Assembly: GCF_028641065.1 (NCBI RefSeq)
Contig: NC_073398.1
Location: forward strand, 20,832,001 to 20,896,000
Direction: 5' to 3'
DNA length: 64,000 nt
Source: Leucoraja erinacea
Taxonomy: Eukaryota
Within the stretch, counting starts at the first letter, position 1. The number at the start of each line of letters is the position of its first letter. Shown piece by piece: positions 25,661 to 39,899 of the stretch. The notes below the pieces were generated by a model. It was not told where the DNA came from. It searched no databases and was given only the letters and a program-made list of their open reading frames with translations. Position numbers and translations under genes: made by a program.

Positions 25661-26880
25661 GGCAGAGCGCTCCCTCAATTCCAGTGGCACTTTCTTTGTG
25701 ACTCGCCGTCTCTTCGAAGTCTCCAGTCGTCTGCAAATGTCCACGGTCACCTGTGATTTATCCCACAACTAATAATAACTAACAGTGCCATAGACTTGCG
25801 GTGGAATCGATATGGGAGGTAATCAATGTTTCTCAAGTGTGTGAAGAGCGTTTTATTTTAACCATATGGTGGGCAGCAGCAGCAGTTTTGATCCAAGTAT
25901 AAACTTCCCCAAATATCTTGTGAAACGGACAAAAAAAGTTTATTTCAATGATTTCCGGCGATACGTAATTATTCGTTGATTGTCTGGTGATGTATTTGTA
26001 AAACTTTACTTTAAAAAAAAAAAACAATGATAAATTTCACATGGTGGTAATGTGTTGAGATTTATATGTGTAATATTTTAAATTGTAACAACGACAAACT
26101 TTTGATGATGTTGTTGTCCCTTCGACAACAAAGAAGCTGAATGAGGCGAAAAGTGACTATGTGTCAACTATGTTTAGTCTCACTCTCCAGGGCATAACTG
26201 TCTCATACAGCTGCTTAACATTTTTATTTAAATGTAGATATTGTAGATGTTACATTTTTAATTGAAGTATAGTATGCTCTGTTTTCTATTATTGCAAACA
26301 TAAATTTTGACTTTTGAATGTTGTCAGCTTCCTTGCATATGTTTTGGTTTCCTTTATCATATTCCTCTTGCGCCATGATTGATTTGCACAATGTTAAGTT
26401 CTACCTTTTTAGGAGCAACCACAGTCGCATCAAATTTCTGCAATGTATTTAATTTGAAATTGCTCATTCTAAAAGCATAGAATGATATAGTTAAATTAAT
26501 CTAAAAGAATATTCACTAGGTCCTAAGTAATAGATCAATGAGCTTGAATTTGATGAATTTAGAGCTATGATACATTTATAAACAGAAATGGGAGCAATCA
26601 ATAGGAGCACTAAAACTTCAGATGGTGGCAATGTGAAATAAAACAATGCTGGAAGAATCTGGGTCAGGCTGCACAGTTAAAGTTTCTGGGTAAGAATCGT
26701 TCATCAGAGTTTGGGAACATACTTTAATCTCAAATAATTGGGATTTAAACCGGAGGTTTCTGTGGAAAGTTTTTTTCCCCGCAGTATCCCTCCTGCTCTG
26801 TCAACCAAAGATAATCTACAAGTCTGACAGAACCTCTTATTTTAAGTAAACTGATTTTTTTTAAACTGAAAATATTTAAT

Positions 26881-27740
26881 GTGTAGGTAGGAACTGCAGA
26901 TGCTAGTTTACACTGAAGATAGACAAAATGCTGGAATAACTCAGCAGGACAGGTAGCATCTCAGAGAGAAGGAATGGGTGACATTTTGGGTCGAGACCCT
27001 TCAGACAAGTATTTAGTACAGCATAGCAATTGAGACAGACTGAACTACACATTGTATTGGTATGTGAGAGAGAACACAACTGGATTGATGTTAAAAATTG
27101 ATCTTTCATCAGCAAGATTGATTATTTGAAATTGTTGAATTTGGTGTTGAATCCTGAGGATTATATCATGATCTCGGGAAGATGAGAACCATGCTCAAGC
27201 TTGCATAGGCTTTCATTGGAACAATGAGAAGCCAAAGGCAGAAAGATCAGAGTGAAAATGCGATGGGGAATCAAAATGACACACGTGGAAACTCTGGAAG
27301 AGACTATCGTGGTTTGAATAGAATTATTCACACAGTAGGGAAACCTAACTCGGAATGAGTGATTGTTTTGTCGCACTCTATTCCGTATAAAGGATGAGCC
27401 TGAGTTCCAGCTGCTTATGAGTTTAATTTTCCATTCTCCATGTTTGGACTAGAATGTATAAACATGGAAATGTAAAAGATGGTCAGAATGTGTAGGAAGG
27501 AACTGCAGATGCTGGTTTAAACCAAAGATAGATACACAAATGCCTGGAATAACTCAGAGGGTCAGTCAGCGTCTCTGGAGAAATGAAATAGGTGAGGTTT
27601 CGGGTTGAGCCCCTTCTTCAGACTTTCAGGGGAAAGGGTAATGAAAGTTTGAAGAAGGGTCTCGACCTGACACATCACTTATTCCTTTTCTCCAGTAATG
27701 CTGTCTTAACAGCAGAGTTATTCCAGCTTTTTGTGTCTTT
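26881..27740. mobile_element. Family copies at 26881-27006 (minus) and 27490-27740 (two-armed), with an old Penelope endonuclease-like remnant near 27130-27300
   Basis: Family motifs; the middle segment weakly resembles 53480-53680. Confidence 0.6.
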
Positions 27741-27809
27741 CTGAGAAGGTCTAAATGATTGGAGACAAATATTTTGGATGTTTCTTTGAGTGTACTTTCA
27801 TGGAAACTA

Positions 27810-28995
27810 CTTTTGAGATGGTCATGGAATAGGCCCTTTGGCCCAACTTGTCCATGCAGATCAAGTTGCCTAACCAACCTAGTCTTACTTGCTTATGCCT
27901 GGCCATTATCCAAACAAACTCTTCTTATTCATGTACATATCTAAGTGTATTTTTAAAGTTGTAATTATACCATCCTTTACCCCATCCTCTGGCAGCTTGT
28001 TCCATGTTTCCCTCAACCATCTATATGGGGAAAAGGCACCCCTTGGGTCTCTTTGGAATAAACCTGCCCCCACCCGCCTGTCTCTTTTTTTTAATGTTTT
28101 CCCCTCGTGCCTTAAACCTGTGCCCTCCACTTTTACACTCTCCTGTCCTGAGGTAAAGACTGGCTATTCACCTTATCCAAGTCCCTCACAATTTTATATA
28201 CTTCTATAAACTCATCCCTCAGCCTCCTCCGCTTCAAGGAAAAAATATTCTCTTTCCTTATAGCTAGAACCCAAAAGATGCAGTAACATCCCTTTTTTCT
28301 TTTGCAACCTTCCTATAACAGGACGACGAGAATTGTCACACTACGCCTAATGTGGTCTTTCCAGCGTCTTGTGTAACATCGCATCCCACCACTGCCACTC
28401 AGTACCCTGATGCTACAGAAGCAAGCATGCCAAATGCTGCCTTAACCACCTTGTTCACCTGTATTGCCATCTAAATTGAACTATATACCTGTACCCCCTG
28501 GACTCTCATTCCCCAAGGCTCTACCACTTAATATGCAAGTCCTACCCTCACTTGTTTTCCCAAAATGAAATACCCAAGCCATGCCTTTTACATTCACATC
28601 CAACTTGCTAATATAAATAAAAATCAACAGTGGACCCTTGCAACACTTTACCTGTCCGGCCTCTAATTTGAAACAAAGCCCCTTAACCACCACTCTATTT
28701 CTTGCCTTCAATCAAAATTGATGTCCAATTGGCTAGCTCAGCCAGTATCTCATGTGATCTAACCTTCCAGACCAGCCAACCATGCAATGCCTTGTCAAAG
28801 GCCTTGCTAAAGACTAAACAAAGACTATTTAGAGACAAAACATTTCTCTAAATGTAGACATTGACTGCATTGTCCTCATTAATCGTTTTGGTCACCTCTT
28901 CAAAATCCTTCATCAATTTGATGAAACATGATTTTCCACATAGAAAGCTATGCCAGCTATACTTAATTAGTCTTTGACTTTCCAAATGCATGTAT
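27810..28995 (-). mobile_element. Degenerate CR1 LINE, RT and 3' end
   Basis: CR1 3' UTR motif at the left end; RT remnants (GKSCFIKL..FEEVTK.I.E..AV.V). Confidence 0.75.
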
Positions 28996-31354
28996 ATTCT
29001 ATCTCTCAGAATTCCTGAGCACCAGCTTCTCAGCCGTGCATTCATCTGTACTGTCCTTCTATTCCTACTCTCACTAGCATGTGGTGCCAGAGTGACTCCT
29101 TTATTTTGTTTGTTAGAAAATGGGAAAAATACATGTTAATTCACAACTGGCTTGGGTCTTTACAAAGCTGTGTGATTTGATTGATCATAAAACCACAGAT
29201 GGGATTCCTCCAGAAATTGTATTGGATTTTCTTATTTGTAGAATAATACCGATGGTGATGAGGCTTCACGTCTGCCACTATCAGTATCCACTTGTTTCGG
29301 TGGCATCTTTACGGCACCTGGATAAATTTGCGTGTGCTAGGTGTAGTAAGTATTGCTTTGCATCACCTTCTGTTGAATATTATTCTGACTGAAATTAATG
29401 TTTTAAAAATGTTTAAAATTATACGTTTGCAAACCATTGAGGCATAAATTCATTCTTAAATGTATTTAAGAGACTAATCCTCACCAATGAAATAACAGCT
29501 GCCTTACCAATCTTCCTCCACCCACCAACTCTACTTGTATGTAATATGTAAAATATGTAAAAAGTTACATACCACGAATCCTGCAGGGAATGTTTTGGAT
29601 GTCTGTTTATGTATCAGATCCCTTGAATTCTAATGCTGTTTAAAAAAGATCTTGTTTCAACTATTGTCACTTGATTGTGCAATGTTCTGTAAACTTTAAT
29701 TTGTTTCTACGTGAAGTAAATTTAATTGTGAAATCATAATTAATGAATTTGGGAACGAGATTTAAAAGTCTGGAGCAAAAAACCTGTGCTTGTATTTGGC
29801 ATCTTTTAAAAAAACAAATTATTCATTACTTTGATAAATTTTCCAAACCAGATTGCATACTGTTCTACTGGCCTCGGGACATGCTTCTGAACCAGAAGGA
29901 GTTTGTCTGTGGTTTACCCTTTTTAATAATAATTCTTTAGTATCATAGCAGCAATGGAATTCTTTGGATCTGCTCTCCGTTGGCATTAAAAGTGCAGTGG
30001 AAATTTCATTTGCTTGCACAAATGTCAAAGGAATGCCACCTGACCAGAAGAAATATGAGGAATCTCATAATCAATAAGTTGGCCAATGAAAAGAGAAACC
30101 ATAGTACGACTGTTAGCTCCTCAAGATCTAAAATAGTGCAGGTGCTAGAAACTGGAAATAAAAGCAGAGAATGCTGGAAATGCTCAGCTGATACTATTTA
30201 TAGAAAGAGAAAGAGCCATCACTTTGGTTTGATGAGGTTTCATTGAGGTAGAAACCAGTGTGTTCTAAATAGCAGAGCAGAAGGGAAAATGTAGACAACA
30301 ATCATCTCTTTCCTCTAATCCTCCCCAACTTTTTTAATTTGTGTTTTAATAGGGATTTCACATTCCCATCACTCTGTTGGAGAACAAGTTTCTAATTATC
30401 ATGATACGTGTCTCCATTCAATTACTCTTACATTATCACTGCCATTTTTTTTGCCTTTTCCCCGGTGGGATGAATCACACCTGTATCAAAACCAATCATA
30501 ACTTTAGATCTCTGTTGATCATTTTCTGGCCTTCGATTGTTTTTCAAAAGAATTGAAACCCCAAATGTTCAACCTTTGCTGATTTGATATAACCGTGTGA
30601 TTCTAGTATTATCCATGAATTATTTTTCTTTTTGAAAAAATGTGATGTGGTTCAATGCATTATTGACATATTATCAACTATTCAATTCTGTTCCTCCAGG
30701 ATTAGATAAAAATGGATGGTTTTCTTTAAAATCTTTTGCTTCTCATTGAAATGCTTCATTTGCAAATATTTGCTGCTGTTTTTCTTTCAATGTACAATCC
30801 TAATAGGGTTTGTTTCCCTGTTCCAAAACTCATAAAAAAATTTGAAACACTTAATTAATTGCAACTTGTTTTTGCTCCATGGTTCTCTGTCACCATGCTC
30901 ATGGATTGTCAAGCATCACATAATGTTTGTCAGAGGCTCATGCCGATTGCTTTTTCTGAAGCTGGTGCCCAACCCTGGCAATTATTTGCATGCTAGCCAC
31001 AGAAGCAGATCTACAATCACATAGTCAAATTGCTCCACACTCTTAAATCTCTACTCCTACAGCAACATTTTTGTACACTATAAATGGCTCACTGGTAATC
31101 ATGTTTTGTCTTTCCGCTGACTGGATAGCACGCAACAAAAGCTTTTCACTTTATCTTGGTGCACGTGACAATAAACTGAACTGAATCTTTATCCAGTTTA
31201 CAAGTTAATCATCCTTGTCCAATTGCCATTTATCAAAATACATTTTTCCTAACGTTCTATTGCTCTTAAAAATTCTATGGCCTGAAATATTTAACTTGAC
31301 GATTAGAGGCCTGATGGCAGGCTGTATATAATGGTCATTGCTTTTCCTTCTCCA

Positions 31355-31850
31355 TCCATGTTGTCAAGCTGGAAAGGGTACAGAGAAGATTTACAAGGAT
31401 GTTGCCAGGACTAGAGGGTCTGAGCTATGGGCAGAGGATGTGTAGGGTGAGACTATCCCTTGGAGTGCAGAAGGATGAGGGGTGATCTTACAGAGGTGTA
31501 CAAGATCATGAGAGGTATAGATCGGGTAGATGCACAGTCTCTTGCCCAGAGTAGGTTAATCGAGGACCAGAAGACATGGGTTTAAGGTGAAAGGGAAAAG
31601 ATTTAATAGGAATCGGAGGGGTAACCTTTTCACACAAAGGGTGGAGGATGTATGGAACAAGCTGTCAGAGGAGGTAGTTGTGGCAGGAACTATCCCAGCA
31701 TTTAAGAAACAGTTAGATAGGTACATGGATAGGACAGATTTGGAGGGATAGGGACCAAATGCTGGCAGGTGGGACTAGTGTAGCTGGGACGTTGGCCAGT
31801 GTGGGCAAGTTGGGCCGAAGGGCCTATTAGCACAATGTATCACTATATGC
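31355..31850 (+). mobile_element. CR1 LINE 3' fragment
   Basis: KLERVQRRFTRMLPGLEGLSY-type frame and 3' UTR gggccgaagggcct. Confidence 0.85.
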
Positions 31851-33061
31851 CTCTATCTGTGTTTGTGCTTTTATGTATAGAAATCTAATTTTGGATTAGC
31901 TCCATAATTGGCAATACCATAATGGTGGAGTGGTTAAATTACTGGATTACGATCTAGAAGTAGACACCAAGTACTGGAGTAACTCAGCAGGTCAGGCAGC
32001 ATATTTGGAGAAAATAGGTAGGTGATCTAGAGGCTTGGGCTAACAATCCTATGATTCAGCAAATCACTGTTTGTGTGGTATTTTCTCACATAGTGAAACA
32101 CCACAGAACGGCATCCCGGTGCACAACCTTTATACAGTTCGTCAGGCAGTACATCTGGACCATTCTCAAAAGCCGCTGGGTCTCCCTGTCCCTCCAACTC
32201 CAGAGGAATCCGCTCCCCGATGGGCTGCACGGCGACAAGTGGCAATGGATAGGTGATCAAGAGGCTTGGAGTATGTTGGAATCCCATGTTGGCAATTGTG
32301 GCGTTTAAATTCAGTAAATTAGAAATTGACATAGTGGTTATTGGTAATGTTGTGGTTATCATTACCAGATAATAGTTGATTGTCAAATGGCTTCTGAAAT
32401 GAAAGGTCCACACTGAATGCTGGTTTGTGTACTGAACTGAGTGTTCAGAAATTTACAATTTCTAAACTCAGTTCAACTCTCTATGCATGTGTGTGTGTTG
32501 GACAAATTCACTGTTTGTGAATGCATCAATTCCCTTAAACCGTATTCTCACATAGTGACACAAAGAACTGCAATACTGGATTACAAAAATAACAGTGTTC
32601 AAGTAACTCGGCATTTGATAGTAGATTGTAGTCTGAAGAAGAGTTCTGACCCAAAATGTCACCTATCCATATCCTCCCGAAATCGCCCTATGTCTATGGG
32701 AGGGAACCCTATGAGAAGGAAAAAATAGATTTGCTGTGATTGTATGGTGGAGTTGGGCCGAATGGCCTAGTTCTGCTCTTCAGTCTTATGCTGCCTGGCC
32801 CACTGAGTTATTCCAGCACTGGAGAATGTTTTTTTTTGTATTCTCAGTTTAATTTGAGCCAAGTCCACAAGTGTGATGTTGAGAAAAGAAAATGCTTGTT
32901 TTCAGTATGCATCTTAGTTCATAATACTCAATCATACCTTATTATTGCAATTTTGCAATGCTCAAATTAAGACGTTCCTCCACAATAGCTGATTATAAAT
33001 TAATTAATTGTTCTTGTCTGTCCAACAGATTGCTACTGTGTGACTGAGGAGTAATCCAGGG

Positions 33062-33082
33062 ATGGAGGAAGACCAGCACAAC
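33062..33082 (+). CDS. TRABD: TRABD coding exon 1 (MEEDQHN); exon starts at 33029
   Basis: Acceptor tccaacag at 33021-33028, ATG in GGGATGG context, donor gtaagt at 33083, phase 0 joins the next exon in frame. Confidence 0.75.
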
Positions 33083-34589
33083 GTAAGTCATTTATGTAAT
33101 TTTCTTCCATCTTTTGTTTTAACGGTATTTGCATACATTTTAGGTGGGAAAGTTAATTTTTAGTTTAAATTGGTTGTGTTTGATTTCAGGTGACTGTACA
33201 TGAATTGATTACTGTTATCCTCTCATTTTGGATAGGTTCTGTTTTTACGTAAAACCGTTAGGCAGAAAATACGTTGCTTGATATTGTAACTGTGCCTCCA
33301 CAGCATTTTAGTGAATGGTGTTCATGAAGGCCAATTAACATGAACAATTAATCGCCATCTTCCCCAGCCTTGTTACAATGGTACAAAATATAGATGTCGC
33401 AGGCCTGGTGGTGGGTCAGTGGGCTTGAAGTATTAAGAGTATTATTGCACAAGTATCAGTAGAAGCAAATGTTTGTCAATTTCCAATGGAAGTCTCTTAA
33501 GTGGCCTTGCCCAGTGAAACTGGCAGCTGGTGTTCTTAAGAGACATTATCTGATTACTGAGGGGAGGTTACATGCAAACAGTTTTTTATTTTCAAGATTG
33601 GTTCTCGTTTGAATTTAATATGGGAGCTTGCTCGTATGTACAAGTTGCCTTAAATCATGTGTTAGGAGGGCCTAGGTAGGGCCAGTATGGCTAAATTAGT
33701 GCTTTTTAATTTGGCTGTAGACTTTGAGCTTTTTGTTCAGACAATCTTTTTTAATGTATGAAATTTTGAAAGTATCATCAAATACAAAGAATCAGTACAG
33801 AGGTGTGCCAGCACATTTGAGTGCAGATAGGAACATAAAGCACATAAGAGAATTGCAGAAAAACATTGTAGTGAAAGGCATAATTATTCAGAAGTTTTAT
33901 CACGCAGCAAGCTGATTAATGACTTGTCTTCCAGCTAGTTTTTTTGGAATGTGTCTGGACTCAGAAAAGAATGTAGATGTCCTGTGAGTGCAAGTGCATT
34001 TATTGTGATGAGCAGCCAAGTAGAAAAATTCCAAAGGATTAGAGACCGGATAATGAAGAGGATCATTTTAACAAGATGTCTCCCAAGCTGGAGCAAAGCT
34101 GCTGCAAAAAAAGCTGTTTAAAATATCGCTATAAATTGTGCCTGATTATGTTACCCCTATGTGTAATATATTTTGAAAAACATGCTTAGATGTGATAGTG
34201 TAACAACAATAATGCCCAAGACAAGGCATTATTAATTTCCCACACCAAAATAAATCACTGGATTTTGACTTTGAGGGTGATATGTATGAGATGTGGTAAC
34301 ACTTGATCCTCCAATCCACATTTGTCTCACAAGACCTCGCCTTTGCCCTTTTCACAATATCTAATTTAATCCTGGTACGGGTAGCAGTAAATGTGTATTT
34401 GAGGAAATTGGACTTCAAAACGTACCAATATTAAAAGAAAAAACTAAATATTAATATTTTGTTGTAAATATTAAACCATGTACTGTGTGATTTTCTTATT
34501 GCCAGAATGCCTACTGTGTTTAATGTAACTGAAAGCGATGTACTTTTATAAACTTAAAACAATTTTAAAAACACAATTTTAATCCTTAG

Positions 34590-34665
34590 GCAGATGCAAG
34601 CCCAACGCCATCAGCAGTATTTGACGATGATTCACACAATATGTCCGATATTCCACAAAACCTGT
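34590..34665 (+). CDS. TRABD: TRABD coding exon 2 (ADASPTPSAVFDDDSHNMSDIPQNL)
   Basis: ccttag acceptor, gtaagc donor; ends PQNL-S as in vertebrate TRABD; phase 1 fits the next exon. Confidence 0.8.
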
Positions 34666-34849
34666 GTAAGCATTTTGTAATAATTGATAATTAAAAAAAA
34701 TTAAGAATGAAAGTAATTGCATGTAATATCACAGAGGGTTTTTATTGTGGTCGCCTCTTGTGAGCTGTACTGTCCCTTTAGGATAATCCATTATTCTTAA
34801 ATAGTAGTGCTTAAAATATGCAATGTAACATATACTTCATATACCGGAG

Positions 34850-36690
34850 AAGCAGATTATTTAAATGGTAAGAGGTTGCAGTGGGATATCCAATTGCATG
34901 ATTTGCAAAAGATGTATGTCCAAGTACATGAAGTAATCGGTAAAGCTTAACAAACTGCTTTCAGTAATTTGCATGGAATCCAATAAAGGCAGGAACGCTA
35001 TGCCTCAGTAACAGGGCATTGGCGAGACAACTGTTGGAATACTATGACTGTGTTTGCACAGTGTTTGTCTCCTGATTTAAGGCAGCATGTAAATCTGTTG
35101 GAAGCAGTTCGGAGAAGGTTTACGTGGCATACTTGGATTGGGCAGGTAGTCTTATGAAGAAAGTTTGTACTGACTAGACAGATTCTCTGGAGTTTAGAAA
35201 ATTGAGAAGTTGCTTCATTTCAATGAATCTTGAGGGTGGGTATGAAGTGCATGTTTCTTTTTCTGGGAAAATCTAAAAATAAGAATCATTGTTTAAAAAT
35301 AAAATGGAATCTATTTAAGACGTATAAATTGTATTTTCTTTCCCGAGGATTGAGAGGCTTCAGAAAACCTATAAGCAGTGTCTGAATATTTTGGCGATGA
35401 AGATGATAGGTTCTTGATAAGGAAGGTGAAAGGTTTTTGAGAGTAGGCAGGAGTGTAGAGTTGCTGTCAGTCATGTTCTCAGTGAACCGTGAGTAAGCTC
35501 AACAAGCCATAGTCTATTGTCTTTTTTTTCCATTGATAACAATGCTAACTTTGTGGATTATTTAATTAGTGTATAAAGGGCATAAATATGGTCCACAGTC
35601 AAAACCTTTTTCCCAGGATGGAAAACTCAAATACAGGAGAGCATTTGTGAGGGGCAAAGTTTAAAGGAGATGTGTGGAATGCGTTGCCAGGGTTGGTGAT
35701 TGAAGCATTTAAGAGGCTTTTGGATAGGCATATGGATATGTAGGGATTGGAGAGATATTGTTATGTGCAGGTAGATAAGAGAAGGTCTCGGTATCATGTT
35801 CATCATAGATATCGTGGCCAAGGGGCCTGTTCTTGTGCTGTACTGTTCTATTAGAGGAAGGGAAATATTAGAATCCTTTAAAGTTATTATTGTGCTAATT
35901 GACATAACTAATTAGCTCCATTTGCTATTGTGAATTATTGTAACATATTTATTTCTTTACAGCAGATGAAGATGCTTTTAAACTTTTGTGGGAAATGAAG
36001 ATGCGAAAAAGGCAGGGGAAGCCAAATCTACCAGACACTGTCACTGAACTCAGCACAGAAGATGGTTGTAAGGTGTACCTGGTTGGCACAGCCCACTTTA
36101 GCGAGAGTAGCAGAAACGATGTTGTGAAGGTAAAAATGAAAAAAATAATAAATTTAAGAAAATGTGTTCAGGTTTAAATTATGTACAAGAATACTGAAGC
36201 ATTAACATTGTAGGACCCAAATATGTTTAAGCCTAATTTAATGTAAAACAATCTTCAGGCCAAAAACTAATTTTGGTAGACGGTATTGTGCATTGAGGGC
36301 TTTGGAGGTTAGAGAAGGTTCCATCACCCTTCAGCGTGGATTTTTCACAAGTTTTCGGTCAGTGGTTTATTAATGTAACGTTTTTAATGAGAATAATCAC
36401 AGTAATAATCATAGATTGATAGACAGAACATTTTTCCCATTGAAATGTCAAAGCATAAACGGCAAAGCCTTAGGATGAGAGGGCAGATTTTAAAAGAGAA
36501 CTGTGGACAGATTTTTGTTAGATGCCTGGAATGTGCTGCCATGGATAGTGATGGAGCCACATCCTATTGTGGCTTTTAGATAGGCAGGAAATTGAGGGGT
36601 ATGGATCATGTGTGAGCAGATGAGATTAGTTCATCTTGGCATCATGTTCAGCACAGACATTGTGAGCTGATGGGCCTGTTCTGCTGTATG
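34850..36690 (+). mobile_element. Old CR1 fragments flanking TRABD coding exon 3 (about 34850-35500, 35570-35850, 36410-36690)
   Basis: Degenerate CR1 ORF2 and 3' UTR motifs (ggcctgttct...tgctgta). Confidence 0.55.
35963..36129 (+). CDS. TRABD: TRABD coding exon 3 (DEDAFKLLWEMK...VYLVGTAHFSESSRNDVVK)
   Basis: TraB-family VGTAH motif; ag/gt boundaries; frame consistent. Confidence 0.95.
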
Positions 36691-37829
36691 CTGTAGTTTT
36701 GATTTTGAATTGTAGTCTCAATTTAGTCACGCCGAAAGTTTGTTTTCATATTCTTTACTGACAACTGTTCCTGGAAATAAGCTTGTATGATATAAATAAT
36801 TTATTAAACTTGAAATACGCTGAGTTTGCAATGTAGCAAAAATTAGAATATTTTGAAATGATTTTGTTCTGAGATGTGATACTACCTTGGTTTTAGAAAA
36901 GTATATTTTTGATTGTGAGAAGCAAGTGTCAAGATGGTATAAGTGTTATTTGTATTTAACTTTTTAATCAACTTTGGGGTATTTATTTGGTTGAAATATA
37001 CAGTACCTTGTTTAACGTATAATTTCATGACGTTATTTTAATCAGTTTATCAGATACATAGCCTAATCAGTTCATGAAATCATTGTGACCTGAACAGTAC
37101 TACACTCTGACCTATTTTGTATCCTGTTTGCATTCACTGCTCTAAAAAAGCAGTAGACATACCAGGATATTATTTTTTAATTTACTATGTCATTACTGTC
37201 TTCTTTAGTCAGACGGTGGTGAATCTGTGGAATTCTTTGCCACAGAAGGCTGTGGGGGCAAAGAATTGAGAAAATTGTTTTGGTTTTCACCTAATGGAGG
37301 AGTCCCTGCAAGAAATGGATCCTGGCTCGGGTCAAAATTGGAACCTTTGACAGACTTTCATGTAATTGAATAGCCTGTCAATTACTAAAAAGCACTCTTG
37401 ATTTCCTATTTGGCTAACATAAAGCTTGGGGAGAAAATGAAAACCCCAACAGCAGCAACATATTAAATGTTCACTCAATATGAATCGCCAAAAGACTTGT
37501 TTCCATAAAATTGGAAACTTATGTGTGTATGATACCAATGTAGGAAAAATCAAATCATTTTGAACATTTGTATTCCATTGACTTTGCTCTAATCTGGTCC
37601 TTGGATAGATAACAAAAACAAGTTGCACAGGTTCAAAATCTAATGTAGTCTGATGTGTATAGGTGTAATTTTGCACAAATTAATATAGACAGTTGGCATG
37701 AAAGTCGAGGTCTAATAATCTGTGTTGAGGACAAAAATATTGACTGGAATAGCATATCAATAAAAAATTATATTGGAATTTTTATAGCATTTGGTGTTAA
37801 AGCATCAAGTCCTTTTGCAACATTCTTTT

Positions 37830-39770
37830 TAGAGTCATAGTCACACAGCACAGAAACGGGCCTTTTGATCCAACGTGTCCACGCCAACCAAGAAGCCGCA
37901 TCCACACTAGTCCACCTGCCTGCATTTGGACAAAATGGCTCTAAACCTTTCCTATTCATGCACATATCCAAATGCCTTTTTAATGTTGTAATCATTAGGC
38001 ATGAGATTTCTCCACGCATCCACGGATTTTGAAATTTAGTAACGCACCGCCGCCATGCCCCATCGTCGCGAGTCTTCACTGCTGCCGAGGCCTCACCCCT
38101 GTCGACGCCCCACTCGTGCCTCCATGGTGCCGACCCGGGCCCCACCCGCGGGCTCCGTCGGCCGCTTCGTCCGACCGGGGATTCTACCCGCAAGGCCCCA
38201 GCCGGGGTTCTACGTGGCGGTCCGGGCGGCATCGAGACAGCGGCGCCTTGATAAAGACCTCTGGCCACGATCCCAGTCCACAGCCGCAGCCCGTCGGGAT
38301 GCCATCTGGCCGCGCAATACAATGTATTGTTGCATTTCCACCTTGGACTCACCATTGAGTCAGCAATTAACATTCCTTAATAGTTACTGACTTTGAAAGT
38401 TCTGGCAATCAGAAAATGTCCAGTAATCAAAAGAAGATAAAAGATTATTTGCCTTTTTTTTAAAAATAATTTTACCATAGATTTAAAGAAATTAAAGAAA
38501 TTAAAGAAATTAAATCTTTAATTTTAAATTTTGGGAAGTGTTATTTTCAAATAATGTCTTAAATTCTAGGTTGAGATGTTAATATTTTGTCCACTGTACA
38601 ATGTGACAGCTATGTAGCACAATATGATCATCTTTGAAGTAGATGGATCATCATTTGCATCCTAACTGTTATGAGTTGGATTTGATTTGGTGTTTAAATA
38701 CAATGGTAAAGGATACTTATCTCTAATTAGAGTAAACAAGCAAGGAAGTAGGTGTAAAATATTTTCAATATGACTTACGTGTAAACTGTGTAAATTAAGA
38801 AGTGACAGGCAAGTAAAATGTGTTATTTTAAGGTACAATAAAAAAATGACAGTATAAATTAAGGGTAAACCGGCAAGAAAACGTCATTTCAAGGTACAAT
38901 TATCAAAAAAAGTCTGCATATAGGGGGCGCTGCCCCTTTTACCCCCGCCTGGGGCATTGCCCCTTGGAACCCTACCAGGGGCAATGCCCCCTGGACCCCA
39001 TCTCTCTTCCTCTTTTTTCAGATTTTTCCTGTCTCATGCCTGTATCATATCTGCTCCCAACTACCTGGCAGTTTGTTCCATAGACCCATCCCAGCCTCTG
39101 TGTGGAAATGTTTGCTCCTCGGGTTCCTATAAATCTGTCCCCTCTCACCTTAAACCTATGTTCTCTGATTCCTGATTGCCCTACCTTGCATGAAAGACTG
39201 TGTATAACCCTTTCATAATCATATTTATTAGCGAAGTTTTGCATCTATTCCCCTCACAATTTTATATACCTCAATAAGATCAACCTGGAGTCTATTGTGC
39301 TCTAGGGAATAAAGTCCTAGTTTGCCCAATCTCTTCCTTTGGCTCAGGCCCTTGAATCCTGCAACATCCTCATAAATATTTACTCTTTCCAGATGGAATG
39401 ACGTATTTCCTATAGCAGAGCCACCAAAACTGAACATAATACTCAAAATGCGGCCCCACCCACGTGTTGTATATCTATAACATAATATCCCAACTTTTAT
39501 ACTCAATACCCTGACTGATGAAGACCAGCTGTCTTGACCCCCTTTCAACCTGTGATGTCACTTTCATGGATCTAAGTATCTGAACTCTTAGATTGCTCTG
39601 CTCTAAAACACTCCACAGAGCCCTACCATTAACATTCACTGTGAAGGACCTTGCACGTGTCTATATTAAACTCCATGAGCCATTCTTCAGCCCACTTGCC
39701 CAGCTGATCAAGATCCTATTGTGATTTTTGATAAGCATCTTCACTATCTATGATACCACCCACTTTAGAT
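37830..39770 (-). mobile_element. CR1 fragments (about 37830-38000 and 39040-39770)
   Basis: LGKLGLYSLEHNRLQVDLIEVYKIVRGID; TLKRHLDMCMNRKGLE. Confidence 0.7.
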
Positions 39771-39899
39771 CCTTTGGTCCAGGTGTAGAAAAGTTAAGCA
39801 GTTCTGCACTTTGAGCATTTCGCTGAATCCAGTTGGCCTGTCCTCAATGTATCAAAATTCCATCTTGTAATATTTCTGTAGCAGCAATGTTTCTTGAAG

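Noticed and set aside
25126-25701. Several ORFs in the CpG island
   Set aside because: Low-complexity Pro/Ala/Arg frames expected from GC content; the TRABD start is at 33062.
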